32,000 nt of DNA from Aliivibrio fischeri ES114 (GTDB lineage Bacteria > Pseudomonadota > Gammaproteobacteria > Enterobacterales > Vibrionaceae), in the NCBI RefSeq assembly GCF_000011805.1, contig NC_006840.2. One strand, given 5' to 3'. The notes below the pieces were generated by a model. It had not been told where the DNA came from, ran no database searches, and was given only the letters and a program-made list of their open reading frames with translations. Both the position numbers and the translations under genes were made by a program. Numbering within the stretch: the first letter of the stretch is position 1; each line of letters begins with the position of its first letter. Shown one piece after another: positions 20,037 through 29,998 of the stretch.

Positions 20037-21380
20037 TTATATTTGATGTGGTAAAAATATTTCTAATCTTGAGCCGGTATCTTGTGTATGGAACCAGATT
20101 TGCCCGTTATAACTGGATATGATCTCTTCACATACCGCAAGTCCAATCCCCGTGCCAGGGTTCTTTTCATCTGCGCGAATTCCTCGTTGAAATACCGATT
20201 CAATTTTATCTTGAGGTAAAGGCTCGCCATCATTTTCAATATGAATATTGAAGCCTTCACTACGCTCTACAATAGATAAAATAATATAGTTATCAGCAAA
20301 GCGATAACTGTTCTCTAAGATATTTCCGAGAATTTCCATTAAGTCATTGTAATTAATAGGTAAGGTTTGCGCGTCATTATAGTTAGGAATGAATTCGATA
20401 TGACGCTCTTTATGAACCTTAGTAAACATTTTAGTGAGTTTATCTACAATAGGAGAGAGTAAAGTGTGATGCTTACTTATGCCCCTAGAGCCCATCAACG
20501 CACGTTTCAATTGGTGTTGTATCACAGAGTCCATATCATTGAGTTGTTCCATGATATCTGCAATAGGCGGTTCTTTTTGATATAACAATGCATCACAAGT
20601 CGCTATTCGAGTCTTAAGACTATGTGCTAAATCGTCCATTGCTTTTTTGTATTTACTTGATTGTTCATCTTGTTGTTCAAGTAATCGGTTAATTGTTTTG
20701 GCAATAGGCTCTAGCTCTTCAGGATAGCTATAAATAAGTTTCTCTTGCTCACTATCCTTTATACTCTTTAATTCAATATGAAGCTTATTTAAGGGGAAAA
20801 ATGAACGCTTGTATCCCCATAGCACCCCAAAAATGGCAATTAAAATAAGAGTTGTATAAGCAATAGCTAATTGGAGCTTTAGTGTGTGTAGGCGAGATAT
20901 TTTATCTTCCATACGACTGAGTAATATTACTCGCCTAGGCGGAAGGTCATTATTACTTTCAATACTCATTGAATGAGAGATAAAGGCTGCACCACTTGGT
21001 TTTTCAATGAGAATAGGTTTGTTTTCATCTTTAGGTAAATCAGTACAGATGTTCTCTACATGGGAAGGTGGACCTTTTTGCATGCTATCCCATAACAAAT
21101 TGTCATTATTGTCACAGATAACAATTGTTATATCATCAGACGATGAACTGTAATACTGAGATTTATTCCCTTCTTGTAATGGCATAATATAATTTGATGA
21201 TACCATTTCATTGAAAATAGATGGGAATTGATAAGTGATATCAAGGGTGTATTCAGTGATTAAGTCAGAGCGTGCTGTCTGATAGCGAAGGTAACCGTTT
21301 AGTATTAAAAAACCAATAACGACAGCTAAAAAACTGAATAATATGCGTCGTCGAAATTGGTTTTGAACTAAACGCTTCAT
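20037..21380 (-). CDS. PhoQ-like sensor histidine kinase with periplasmic domain
   Basis: 447 aa; DDLAHSLK, EILGNILENSYRFA, VFQRGIRADEKNPGTGIGLAVC; TM1 near residue 20 and TM2 near LAIAYTTLILIAIFGVLWGY. Confidence 0.9.
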   Translation of the reverse strand: MKRLVQNQFRRRILFSFLAVVIGFLILNGYLRYQTARSDLITEYTLDITYQFPSIFNEMVSSNYIMPLQEGNKSQYYSSSSDDITIVICDNNDNLLWDSMQKGPPSHVENICTDLPKDENKPILIEKPSGAAFISHSMSIESNNDLPPRRVILLSRMEDKISRLHTLKLQLAIAYTTLILIAIFGVLWGYKRSFFPLNKLHIELKSIKDSEQEKLIYSYPEELEPIAKTINRLLEQQDEQSSKYKKAMDDLAHSLKTRIATCDALLYQKEPPIADIMEQLNDMDSVIQHQLKRALMGSRGISKHHTLLSPIVDKLTKMFTKVHKERHIEFIPNYNDAQTLPINYNDLMEILGNILENSYRFADNYIILSIVERSEGFNIHIENDGEPLPQDKIESVFQRGIRADEKNPGTGIGLAVCEEIISSYNGQIWFHTQDTGSRLEIFLPHQI

Positions 21381-21382
21381 GA

Positions 21383-22063
21383 TTACTTCGCCTTTATTTG
21401 AAACTGATAGCCCTGACCTCGTACCGTTGTAATCAGTTCATTATGACCAACGGCTGCAAATTTCTTTCTTAAACGTGAAATGATAACTTCAATATTATTG
21501 AGTTGAACTTCAGAATCTTCTTGATATAAAGCATCAACAAATTGTTGCTTTGATATGATTTTTAAGCTGTTTTTTATTAAATAAGCAGCGATATCATATT
21601 CAAATGAAGTTAATTGTAGAAATTGACCGTCTACATGGATGGTTTTTGCTTTTATGTCTAATTCAATATTTTCAGCGGTTACTTTTGATTGTGTAAATCC
21701 GGCTGCTCGTCTTGCTAGAGCATAAAGCCTTGCTATTAATTCTTCAGATTGGAAAGGTTTTACTAGGTAGTCGTCAGCTCCAGCCTCAAGTCCTTCAACT
21801 TTATCTTGCCAGTTTCCACGAGCGGTAAGTATGAGAATAGGGCTATGAATTTCTTTGCGGCGAATTTGCTTGATGAGAGTGATACCGTCGAAATCAGGTA
21901 GACCTAAATCAACAATCATGACATCAATGTGTTCTTTTTTTTGTACGGTTTGTAAAAATGCAGAGGCTGTTTTATCAGAATAAACAACGTGTCCCTGATC
22001 TTTTAATTGACTAGACAGGTGGTGGTTTAAGATTTCATTATCTTCAACAAGAGCTATTTGCAT
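21383..22063 (-). CDS. OmpR/PhoP-family response regulator
   Basis: 226 aa; VEDNEILNHHL, VDLGLPDFDGITLIKQIR, ILTARG..DKVEGLEAGADDYLVKPFQSEELIAR; C-terminal winged helix LTSFEYDIAAYLIKNSLKIISKQQFVDALY...VEVIISRLRKK. Confidence 0.93.
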   Translation of the reverse strand: MQIALVEDNEILNHHLSSQLKDQGHVVYSDKTASAFLQTVQKKEHIDVMIVDLGLPDFDGITLIKQIRRKEIHSPILILTARGNWQDKVEGLEAGADDYLVKPFQSEELIARLYALARRAAGFTQSKVTAENIELDIKAKTIHVDGQFLQLTSFEYDIAAYLIKNSLKIISKQQFVDALYQEDSEVQLNNIEVIISRLRKKFAAVGHNELITTVRGQGYQFQIKAK

Positions 22064-22124
22064 AATATACCGATTGATTCCTTAGGTTTATATCGTCATT
22101 AATAACACTTATCATTTTGTTTTT

Positions 22125-22162
22125 AAATAATAAAGCCCATGAATTGATGGGCTTTATTAAAT
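22125..22162. terminator. Bidirectional terminator between the PilZ gene and the regulator operon
   Basis: Perfect 12-bp stem aataaagcccat-gaattg-atgggctttatt. Confidence 0.85.
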
Positions 22163-22176
22163 TTAATTCACCTCAG

Positions 22177-24522
22177 TTACCCTAACTCAAGTCGAATTAA
22201 GACTTCATCCGTTATGTCTGCGATTTCACCACAACCTACAATGCTTGATAATTCATCTTCTAATGCTCTTGCGTAATGGATAGCGTATTGAGCTAGTTGA
22301 CTTAATTCCACTTCAGATGTGGTGGAAAGTGCATTTTTTACTGCTGTTGTGGTTACGCGTATTGCTAAGAATTCACCATGCTCTTTGGCTTTTTTAATGA
22401 AGGTTAAACGATCATTGTATGATGAAAACTCTTGTAGCATACGTGTGAATACTGATTTTATCTTTCCATCTTTAATAACAACAGCAATATAGATTTCATG
22501 GTGGTGAGATCGCTGATTAGCCGGTGTTTTCAATGGATTCACTAACAATTGTTGTACTCTTGATTTAAAAATAGGCTCTAAATTTAAATGTTGCTCATTA
22601 CCTAATTGTAGCCAGATTTTATTTAATCGATTTAAAGGAAAGTTAACCCCAATACAACGCGTTTTAATTTTATGGTTATCCTTTTCAATAAAGAAAGGCG
22701 TTGTTGTTAGTTTATTCAGTAATAATTGATGCATTATTTTCAGCATATCAATCGATGGAAGCTGTTCATAATCAACAGGAAGTCTTTCTATGTTGTGCTG
22801 TATTAATCGACTTAAGAAAGCCTTGCTTTTTTGAGTTTGTAAACTGTCTTCAATTTGTAGCTGAAGATTCAATCCATTTGAATTTACTTTTAGAACTCGA
22901 TAAGTAATACGGCTTAATGGGGTGTTTTTATCAAGGCTTTGCAGTTCATTAAACGTTATTTTTACGTCAGATTTTTTGGTTAGCAAAGCGGGTTTATCGA
23001 GTAATATCGATAAGCCATTGGTTGAAATATCTTGAGTTCTTCCTTTGATTTCACCAATTGTAGGGTGAGTCAGAGTAATTAAGGTTTCGTAATTAAATCT
23101 CGGTTCAGTTCTACGAGGCGTTGAATCGTAATATAACGCAGGATCTTGAGCCATTGGTGTCAAAGAATGGCGGTATGGATTTAATACCTTTGCTTCAAGG
23201 TTTGGTTTTTCTGTTAATAAGTAATCTTTCTGAGTATCAGGTAAACTGAGTTCAGTTAAGATCCCCATATGCGTTAAAGTAGCCAGAACTTTTTCCATTT
23301 CAGGAGCGACGGTTAATAAGCGTTCTTTGTCTCCTTTTTCTAATTCGAAAAGAGAAAGACGAATGACTTTCCAACTCTTTCTTTTAGCTCCCACATGCCA
23401 AAAGAGTTGGCGTTCTTGTTGCGTGGCTTCTGATGACATCATGGAGTAGAAGAGTTCTTTATCTTCATGATCGTGTTTAAAACTGTAAAAATGAGTACGA
23501 CTGGCTCTTAACCCTGGCTTGGTTAAAAACTGCATACGTTCTGATTTAAATAAATGATGGATTACAGGCTGATTTTTTTCATCGTGCCAGTGCTTCCAAA
23601 GTGATTCATTGTGATCAGTAATAACGGCATACTTCAAGGTATCCCCAGAAAAGAAAAGAGGGATATTAGTGGTATGTTTTAAAAAACAGTGCTCATAGCC
23701 TTGTGTACGAGCTCGAACTATTTGATCTTTTTGATCATGTACGGTTCGTCGTTTATTTTTATTTAGTTTTTCTTCAATGGCTTGAGCAATAACATCGTGG
23801 TTTGATTCCATTTTTAATCGTAACCATCGATAACTATCACTTTCTTCGCTGTCGTGAATACCAAGAATACGGTAAGGGAAGTCGCCATTAAGTTCTTTTA
23901 TGCCGGTGTCTTTTGCAAGGTTAGGGAAGCTAACTTGTATGATTTGTCCTAAACCATATTCAAAAGCAGTAGGCACTTTAATTCGAGCACCAGAAGAAGA
24001 AAGATCGCTGCTAGTACCATGGATTAAATTTCCATTAGGTAGCAGCACCGTAACTTGTGTTGACATGCGCAGACGGTTTTCACTACGGGTTAGGTAGTGC
24101 CCAAATCGAATTAATTTGGCTTTGAATAGATTGTTTTCGTCTTTATCATCAGTCGCTGCTAATTGTTCTTTATTTTTATGAAGAACACGAAAGTTATTAC
24201 GTGTATTGGTTAAGGCTTCCCATACACCAACAGTATAGCTACCGAAGCGCTCAATACTTTTGTGATAGGTATTAATTGCAACATCATCAAGCCAGTGAGT
24301 GTATCCATCCAGCTCATATTGGTGACACTGGCCTTTTACTCGACCTCGTAAATCAATATGTTTGGTGCAAGGTGCCATGATGCGTTTTAATTCAATTTTT
24401 ACAATTAAATGCACAGATGGATGTTCATGAGACATAACTTGTTCGCAAACCAGATTAAAATCAGGTTCACCAAATACGGGAATAAGTTGTTCTACGTAGC
24501 TTTGATATTCTTCTTGCTGCAT
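22177..24522 (-). CDS. Large protein with two PilZ-type c-di-GMP-binding motifs (PlzC-like)
   Basis: 781 aa; motif 1 RSENRLRMSTQVTVLLPNGNLIHGTSSDLSSSGARI; motif 2 RRTEPRFNYETLITLTHPTIGEIKGRTQDISTNGLSI (RxxxR and DxSxxG both present twice). Confidence 0.85.
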   Translation of the reverse strand: MQQEEYQSYVEQLIPVFGEPDFNLVCEQVMSHEHPSVHLIVKIELKRIMAPCTKHIDLRGRVKGQCHQYELDGYTHWLDDVAINTYHKSIERFGSYTVGVWEALTNTRNNFRVLHKNKEQLAATDDKDENNLFKAKLIRFGHYLTRSENRLRMSTQVTVLLPNGNLIHGTSSDLSSSGARIKVPTAFEYGLGQIIQVSFPNLAKDTGIKELNGDFPYRILGIHDSEESDSYRWLRLKMESNHDVIAQAIEEKLNKNKRRTVHDQKDQIVRARTQGYEHCFLKHTTNIPLFFSGDTLKYAVITDHNESLWKHWHDEKNQPVIHHLFKSERMQFLTKPGLRASRTHFYSFKHDHEDKELFYSMMSSEATQQERQLFWHVGAKRKSWKVIRLSLFELEKGDKERLLTVAPEMEKVLATLTHMGILTELSLPDTQKDYLLTEKPNLEAKVLNPYRHSLTPMAQDPALYYDSTPRRTEPRFNYETLITLTHPTIGEIKGRTQDISTNGLSILLDKPALLTKKSDVKITFNELQSLDKNTPLSRITYRVLKVNSNGLNLQLQIEDSLQTQKSKAFLSRLIQHNIERLPVDYEQLPSIDMLKIMHQLLLNKLTTTPFFIEKDNHKIKTRCIGVNFPLNRLNKIWLQLGNEQHLNLEPIFKSRVQQLLVNPLKTPANQRSHHHEIYIAVVIKDGKIKSVFTRMLQEFSSYNDRLTFIKKAKEHGEFLAIRVTTTAVKNALSTTSEVELSQLAQYAIHYARALEDELSSIVGCGEIADITDEVLIRLELG

Positions 24523-24643
24523 GATTTCTGGTACAGTAATAACAATCTAGTGGGTTTATCGGCAGAATTGCTCGTTTATTTAACAATGATACGTTAAATA
24601 GTTATAACCCATCACTTTTATTTGATTTATATGTCGGTGATAT

Positions 24644-26026
24644 ATGGCAAAAGCAAAACGCGCCTACGTTTGTAATGATTGTGGGGCAGACTTCCCTCGT
24701 TGGCAAGGACAGTGTAATGCTTGTGGGGCATGGAACACGATTACAGAGGTTCGTTTGGCTGCTTCTCCACAAGTTGCTCGTAATGAACGTTTATCTGGTG
24801 GTTATGCGGGCTCCACTACAGATTCAGAAGTTCAAACTTTATCGAGTATTGATTTACAAGAAGTTCCTCGGTTCAGTAGTTCGTTTAAAGAGTTTGACCG
24901 AGTTCTCGGTGGTGGCATTGTTCCTGGTGCAGCAATTTTGATTGGTGGTAATCCGGGTGCTGGTAAATCTACTTTACTTTTGCAAACTATGTGTCGTTTG
25001 GCTGCAGAAATGCCAACATTGTATGTTACTGGTGAAGAATCGTTACAACAGGTAGCAATGCGAGCTTCTCGTCTTGGGTTGCCAAAAGATAATCTGAAAA
25101 TGTTATCTGAAACCAACATAGATAAGATTTGTCAGGTTGCTGAGAAAGAACAGCCAAAAATAATGGTTATTGACTCTATTCAAGTAATGCATGTTGCTGA
25201 TGTTCAATCATCTCCAGGCAGCGTCGCGCAGGTTCGTGAATCAGCAACTGCTTTAACTCGATATGCTAAGCAAAATAATGTGGCTATTTTCTTAGTTGGT
25301 CATGTAACCAAAGATGGTACTTTAGCAGGCCCTAAAGTGTTGGAGCATATTATTGACTGTTCTGTGTTACTTGACGGTAGTGCAGATAGTCGCTTTAGAA
25401 CGCTTCGTAGTCATAAAAACCGTTTTGGAGCTGTTAATGAGCTTGGGGTTTTTGCTATGACAGGCCAAGGCTTAAAAGAAGTAAATAACCCATCAGCAAT
25501 TTTCTTATCTCGTGGAGAAGAGGAAACATCTGGTAGTTCAGTGATGGTTGTGTGGGAAGGAACACGCCCGTTACTTGTAGAGATACAAGCCTTAGTGGAT
25601 TACTCTCAGCTTTCAAATCCTCGTAGAGTCTCTGTTGGCTTAGATCAAAACCGTTTATCTATGCTACTCGCGGTTCTACATAAGCATGGTGGTTTGCAAA
25701 TGGCTGACCAAGATGTGTTTGTTAACGTGGTTGGCGGCGTTAAGGTAGCTGAAACCAGTGCGGATTTGGCACTTATTATGGCGTTACTATCTAGTTTTAA
25801 AGACCGTCCATTAGCTAAGGATGTAGTGGTCTTTGGTGAAGTTGGTCTTGCTGGTGAGATTCGCCCAGTTCCAAGTGGGCAAGAGCGTTTAATGGAAGCA
25901 TATAAACATGGCTTCAAAAAAGCGATTGTACCTGCTGCAAACATGCCAAAAGGTGGCATTGAAGGAATGCAAATTCACGGCGTTAAGAAACTATCTGAAG
26001 CAATTGATGCTTTTGATGAACTTTAA
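24644..26026 (+). CDS. radA: DNA repair protein RadA
   Basis: 460 aa; YVCNDCGADFPRWQGQCNACGAWNT zinc finger, GGNPGAGKSTLLLQT Walker A, KNRFGAVNELGVF. Confidence 0.96.
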   Translation: MAKAKRAYVCNDCGADFPRWQGQCNACGAWNTITEVRLAASPQVARNERLSGGYAGSTTDSEVQTLSSIDLQEVPRFSSSFKEFDRVLGGGIVPGAAILIGGNPGAGKSTLLLQTMCRLAAEMPTLYVTGEESLQQVAMRASRLGLPKDNLKMLSETNIDKICQVAEKEQPKIMVIDSIQVMHVADVQSSPGSVAQVRESATALTRYAKQNNVAIFLVGHVTKDGTLAGPKVLEHIIDCSVLLDGSADSRFRTLRSHKNRFGAVNELGVFAMTGQGLKEVNNPSAIFLSRGEEETSGSSVMVVWEGTRPLLVEIQALVDYSQLSNPRRVSVGLDQNRLSMLLAVLHKHGGLQMADQDVFVNVVGGVKVAETSADLALIMALLSSFKDRPLAKDVVVFGEVGLAGEIRPVPSGQERLMEAYKHGFKKAIVPAANMPKGGIEGMQIHGVKKLSEAIDAFDEL

Positions 26027-26221
26027 CTGAGGCTTTGAATTCGGATTTCTGCATTATTTTATTTGAAAATACAGAAATTCATCTATAATTTTCAGGGGCA
26101 GAGGCCACATTAGAACCATTTTGGTAGAAAATTCTATGCAAAAATAGAACAAAGCATATACCAATTGACAGTTTGTGTTATACTCTGCGCGCATTTTATA
26201 TCCTATTAATAGAGTAAAACG

Positions 26222-28309
26222 ATGACTGATTTATCTAAATACAGAAACATTGGTATTTTCGCGCACGTTGATGCGGGTAAAACCACAACTACTGAACGTA
26301 TCCTTAAGCTTACTGGTAAAATCCATAAGATTGGTGACACTCACGATGGTTCAACTACTACTGACTTCATGGAGCAAGAAGCTGAACGTGGTATCACAAT
26401 CCAGTCAGCAGCAGTAAGCTGTTTCTGGAATGATCACCGTCTAAACGTTATCGATACTCCTGGACACGTTGACTTCACAGTTGAAGTGTACCGTTCTCTA
26501 AAAGTACTTGATGGTGGTATCGGTGTATTCTGTGGTTCTGGTGGTGTTGAACCTCAATCAGAAACTAACTGGCGTTACGCGAACGAATCAGAAGTATCTC
26601 GTCTAATCTTCGTTAACAAACTAGACCGTATGGGTGCTGATTTCTTCAGCGTTGTTGACCAAGTTAAGAAAGTACTAGGCGCAACTCCTCTAGTTATGAC
26701 TCTACCAATCGGCCGCGAAGAAGATTTCGTTGGTGTTGTAGATGTTTTAAACCGTCAAGCATTTGTATGGGATGACTCTGGTCTTCCTGAAAACTACGAA
26801 ATCCAAGATATCCCAGCTGATATGGTTGATGACGTAGAAGCTTACCGTGAAGAGCTTGTTGAAACAGCTGTAGAACAAGACGACGACCTAATGGAAGCAT
26901 ACATGGAAGGTCAAGAACCTTCTATCGAAGAGCTTAAGCGTTGTATCCGTAAAGGTACTCGTGACCTAGCGTTCTTCCCAACTTTCTGTGGTTCTGCGTA
27001 CAAAAACAAAGGTATCCAACTAATCCTAGATGCTGTTGTTGATTACCTACCAGCTCCAAACGAAGTTGAGCCTCAACCTCTAACTGATAAAGATACTGGT
27101 GAAGAGACTGGCGAAGTTGCTACAGTTTCTGCTGACGAACCATTCCGTGCTCTAGCATTTAAGATCATGGATGACCGTTTCGGTGCTCTAACTTTCGTAC
27201 GTATCTACTCTGGTAAACTGAATAAGGGCGATACAGTTCTTAACTCAGCAACTGGTAAAACTGAGCGTATCGGCCGTATGGTTGAGATGCAAGCTGATGA
27301 GCGTAACGAATTAACTTCAGCTCAAGCTGGTGACATCATCGCTATCGTTGGTATGAAAAACGTACAAACTGGTCACACTCTATGTGATGTTAAACACGAA
27401 TGTACTCTTGAACCAATGATCTTCCCTGTTCCAGTAATCTCTATCGCTGTTGCTCCAAAAGACAAAGGCGGTTCTGAGAAAATGGGTATCGCGATCGGTA
27501 AAATGGTTGCAGAAGATCCATCTTTCCAAGTTGAGACTGATGAAGAAACAGGTGAAACAATCCTTAAAGGTATGGGTGAACTTCACCTAGACATTAAGGT
27601 TGATATCCTTAAGCGTACTTACGGTGTAGACCTAGTTGTTGGTCAACCACAAGTTGCTTACCGTGAAACTATCACTCAAGCAATTGAAGATAGCTACACG
27701 CATAAGAAACAATCTGGTGGTTCTGGTCAATTTGGTAAGATCGATTACCGTATCAAACCAGGTGAAGCTGGTACAGGCTTTACGTTCTCATCAACAGTTG
27801 TTGGTGGTAACGTACCTAAAGAATTCTGGCCTGCAGTTGAGAAAGGTTTCGCATCTATGATGGAAACTGGTCCTCTAGCTGGCTTCCCAGTACTAGACGT
27901 TGAAGTTGAACTATTCGACGGTGGCTTCCACGCAGTGGATTCATCTGCAATCGCATTTGAAATCGCAGCTAAAGGCGCATTCCGTCAATCTATGCCTAAA
28001 GCAGGTGCTCAACTTCTAGAACCAATCATGAAAGTTGACGTATTCACTCCTGAAGATCACGTTGGTGATGTTATCGGTGACCTTAACCGTCGTCGTGGTA
28101 TGATCAAAGATCAACAAGCTGGTCTAACTGGCGTACGTATCAAGGGTGATGTACCTCTTTCTGAAATGTTCGGTTACATCGGTACTCTACGTACAATGAC
28201 TTCTGGTCGTGGTCAGTTCTCTATGGAGTTCTCTCACTACGCACCATGTCCAAACAGCGTTGCTGAAGAAGTAATCGCTAAAGCTAAAGAAGAGAAAGCG
28301 GCTAAGTAA
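26222..28309 (+). CDS. fusA: Elongation factor G (second, EF-G2-type copy by context)
   Basis: [48 protein letters not shown]; no rpsL/rpsG/tuf neighbours, located next to radA. Confidence 0.9.
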
Positions 28310-28335
28310 TTAGCACTTAAATCTTTATAGTTATT

Positions 28336-28373
28336 AAAAAGCCCCGTAAGTGCAAACTTACGGGGCTTTTTTT
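28336..28373. terminator. Terminator after EF-G gene (bidirectional)
   Basis: aaaaagccccgtaag-tgcaaa-cttacggggctttttt. Confidence 0.9.
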
Positions 28374-28374
28374 A

Positions 28375-28605
28375 TTATTGATTTCTTTCTTTATGGCGCT
28401 GTAGTTTCAGATAAATATTTTCAACACGTTCACGAGCCCAATCGGTTTTACGTAAAAATTTAAGGCTTGATTTAATGCTTGGGTCTTTCTTAAAACAGTT
28501 AATGTTTACCATATAACTTAGCTCTTCCCAGCCATAGTGTTCTACCAATTCAGTAAGTAACTTCTGTAATGTAATACCGTGTAGCGGGTTATTTTGTTGG
28601 GTCAT
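28375..28605 (-). CDS. VF530-family (DUF2132) small DNA-binding protein
   Basis: [66 protein letters not shown] matches VF530-like proteins. Confidence 0.85.
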
Positions 28606-28662
28606 AATTAATGCCATTGAATAAGAATATAAAGTAAGTATATCACTATGAAGATAGTAACA

Positions 28663-28690
28663 ATAAAAAAGGGAGCGATAGCTCCCTTAT
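28663..28690 (-). terminator. Terminator of codBA on the minus strand
   Basis: On the minus strand gggagc-tatc-gctccc followed by tttttt (+ strand aaaaaagggagcgatagctccc). Confidence 0.8.
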
Positions 28691-28709
28691 TACTTAAGAT
28701 GGTAATGAC

Positions 28710-29987
28710 TTAGCGTTTAAATGAAACCGTCTCAGCTTTATCTAATGTAATCGTAGTCGTTGCTGGTTGAGTTTCTGATATTACTTTACCGTGGCGAATA
28801 GAGAAACGAACCGGAACTTGGCGACGTAGAGCATCAAATCCATTTTCAGCAGGTAAGATAATTAAGTTACCCGGTTTGCCTTCTTCGATGCCGTAGTTAT
28901 CTTGAATATTTAGAGTTCGAGCCGATTTATAGCTGATTAGATCAAGACCTTGGTTAATTTGGTCGTATCCCATGATTTGACAGACATGCAGTCCCATATG
29001 AAGAACTTGTAGCATGTTAGCTGTGCCTAACGGATACCATGGGTCAAATACATCGTCATGACCAAAACAAACGTTAATATTGTTTGCTAGCATCTCTTTC
29101 ACGCGTGTAATACCACGACGCTTAGGGTAATCATCAAAACGACCTTGTAGGTGGATATTAACAAGTGGATTCGCAACAAAGTTAATACCAGACATTCTAA
29201 GTAAGCGGAATAAGCGAGAAGCATAAGCACCATTATATGAATGCATTGCTGTCGTATGACTTGCTGTTACCTTTTCACCCATATTGAATTTATGAGCAAG
29301 AGCGGCAACAGTTTCAACAAAACGTGATTGCTCATCATCGATTTCATCACAGTGAACATCAATTAGACGGTCATATTTTTTTGCTAATTCAAAAATATAG
29401 TGAAGAGATTCGACACCGTATTCACGAGTAAACTCAAAATGAGGAATAGCGCCAATAACATCTGCGCCTAGTTGTACTGCCTCTTCAAGTAACTCTTTAC
29501 CATTAGGGTAAGAAAGAATGCCTTCTTGAGGAAAAGCAACGATTTGGATATCAACCCATTCTTTCATTTCTTCTTTTACTTCAAGCATTGCTTTTAATGC
29601 AATCAGTGTCGGATCTGAAACATCAACGTGAGTACGAACGTGCTGAATACCGTTAGCAATTTGCCATTTTAATGTTTGTTTAGCGCGTGTTTTTACATCT
29701 TCAATAGATAATAGTTCTTTACGCTCAGCCCAACGTTCAATTCCCTCAAATAAGGTACCTGAAATATTCCAGCTTGGTTCACCAGCCGTTTGAGTCGTAT
29801 CTAAATGAATATGAGGTTCGCAAAATGGAGCGTTGGCTAAACCACCTTCAGCATCAAGAATGTCACCAGAATAGGAGAGTGCTTGCTCATTGTTAGTAAT
29901 GGTTTTGAATTGACCATCTTCAATCAAGATCTGAAATAAACCTTCTTGATCTCGTAGAGCTACGTTTTTTATTAATAAATTTGTCAT
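28710..29987 (-). CDS. codA: Cytosine deaminase
   Basis: 425 aa; [82 protein letters not shown]. Confidence 0.95.
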   Translation of the reverse strand: MTNLLIKNVALRDQEGLFQILIEDGQFKTITNNEQALSYSGDILDAEGGLANAPFCEPHIHLDTTQTAGEPSWNISGTLFEGIERWAERKELLSIEDVKTRAKQTLKWQIANGIQHVRTHVDVSDPTLIALKAMLEVKEEMKEWVDIQIVAFPQEGILSYPNGKELLEEAVQLGADVIGAIPHFEFTREYGVESLHYIFELAKKYDRLIDVHCDEIDDEQSRFVETVAALAHKFNMGEKVTASHTTAMHSYNGAYASRLFRLLRMSGINFVANPLVNIHLQGRFDDYPKRRGITRVKEMLANNINVCFGHDDVFDPWYPLGTANMLQVLHMGLHVCQIMGYDQINQGLDLISYKSARTLNIQDNYGIEEGKPGNLIILPAENGFDALRRQVPVRFSIRHGKVISETQPATTTITLDKAETVSFKR

Positions 29988-29998
29988 TGCTGTATCTT

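Noticed and set aside
7358-22128. Considered prophage, integron or toxin-antitoxin/defence island
   Set aside because: All ORFs fit tad pilus, OmpA and two-component families; no integrase, capsid, toxin-antitoxin, nuclease or helicase-like defence genes seen.
26026-26221. radA-fusA intergenic region checked for a riboswitch or small RNA
   Set aside because: Only an extended -10-like tgttatact near 26190 stands out; no convincing structured element.
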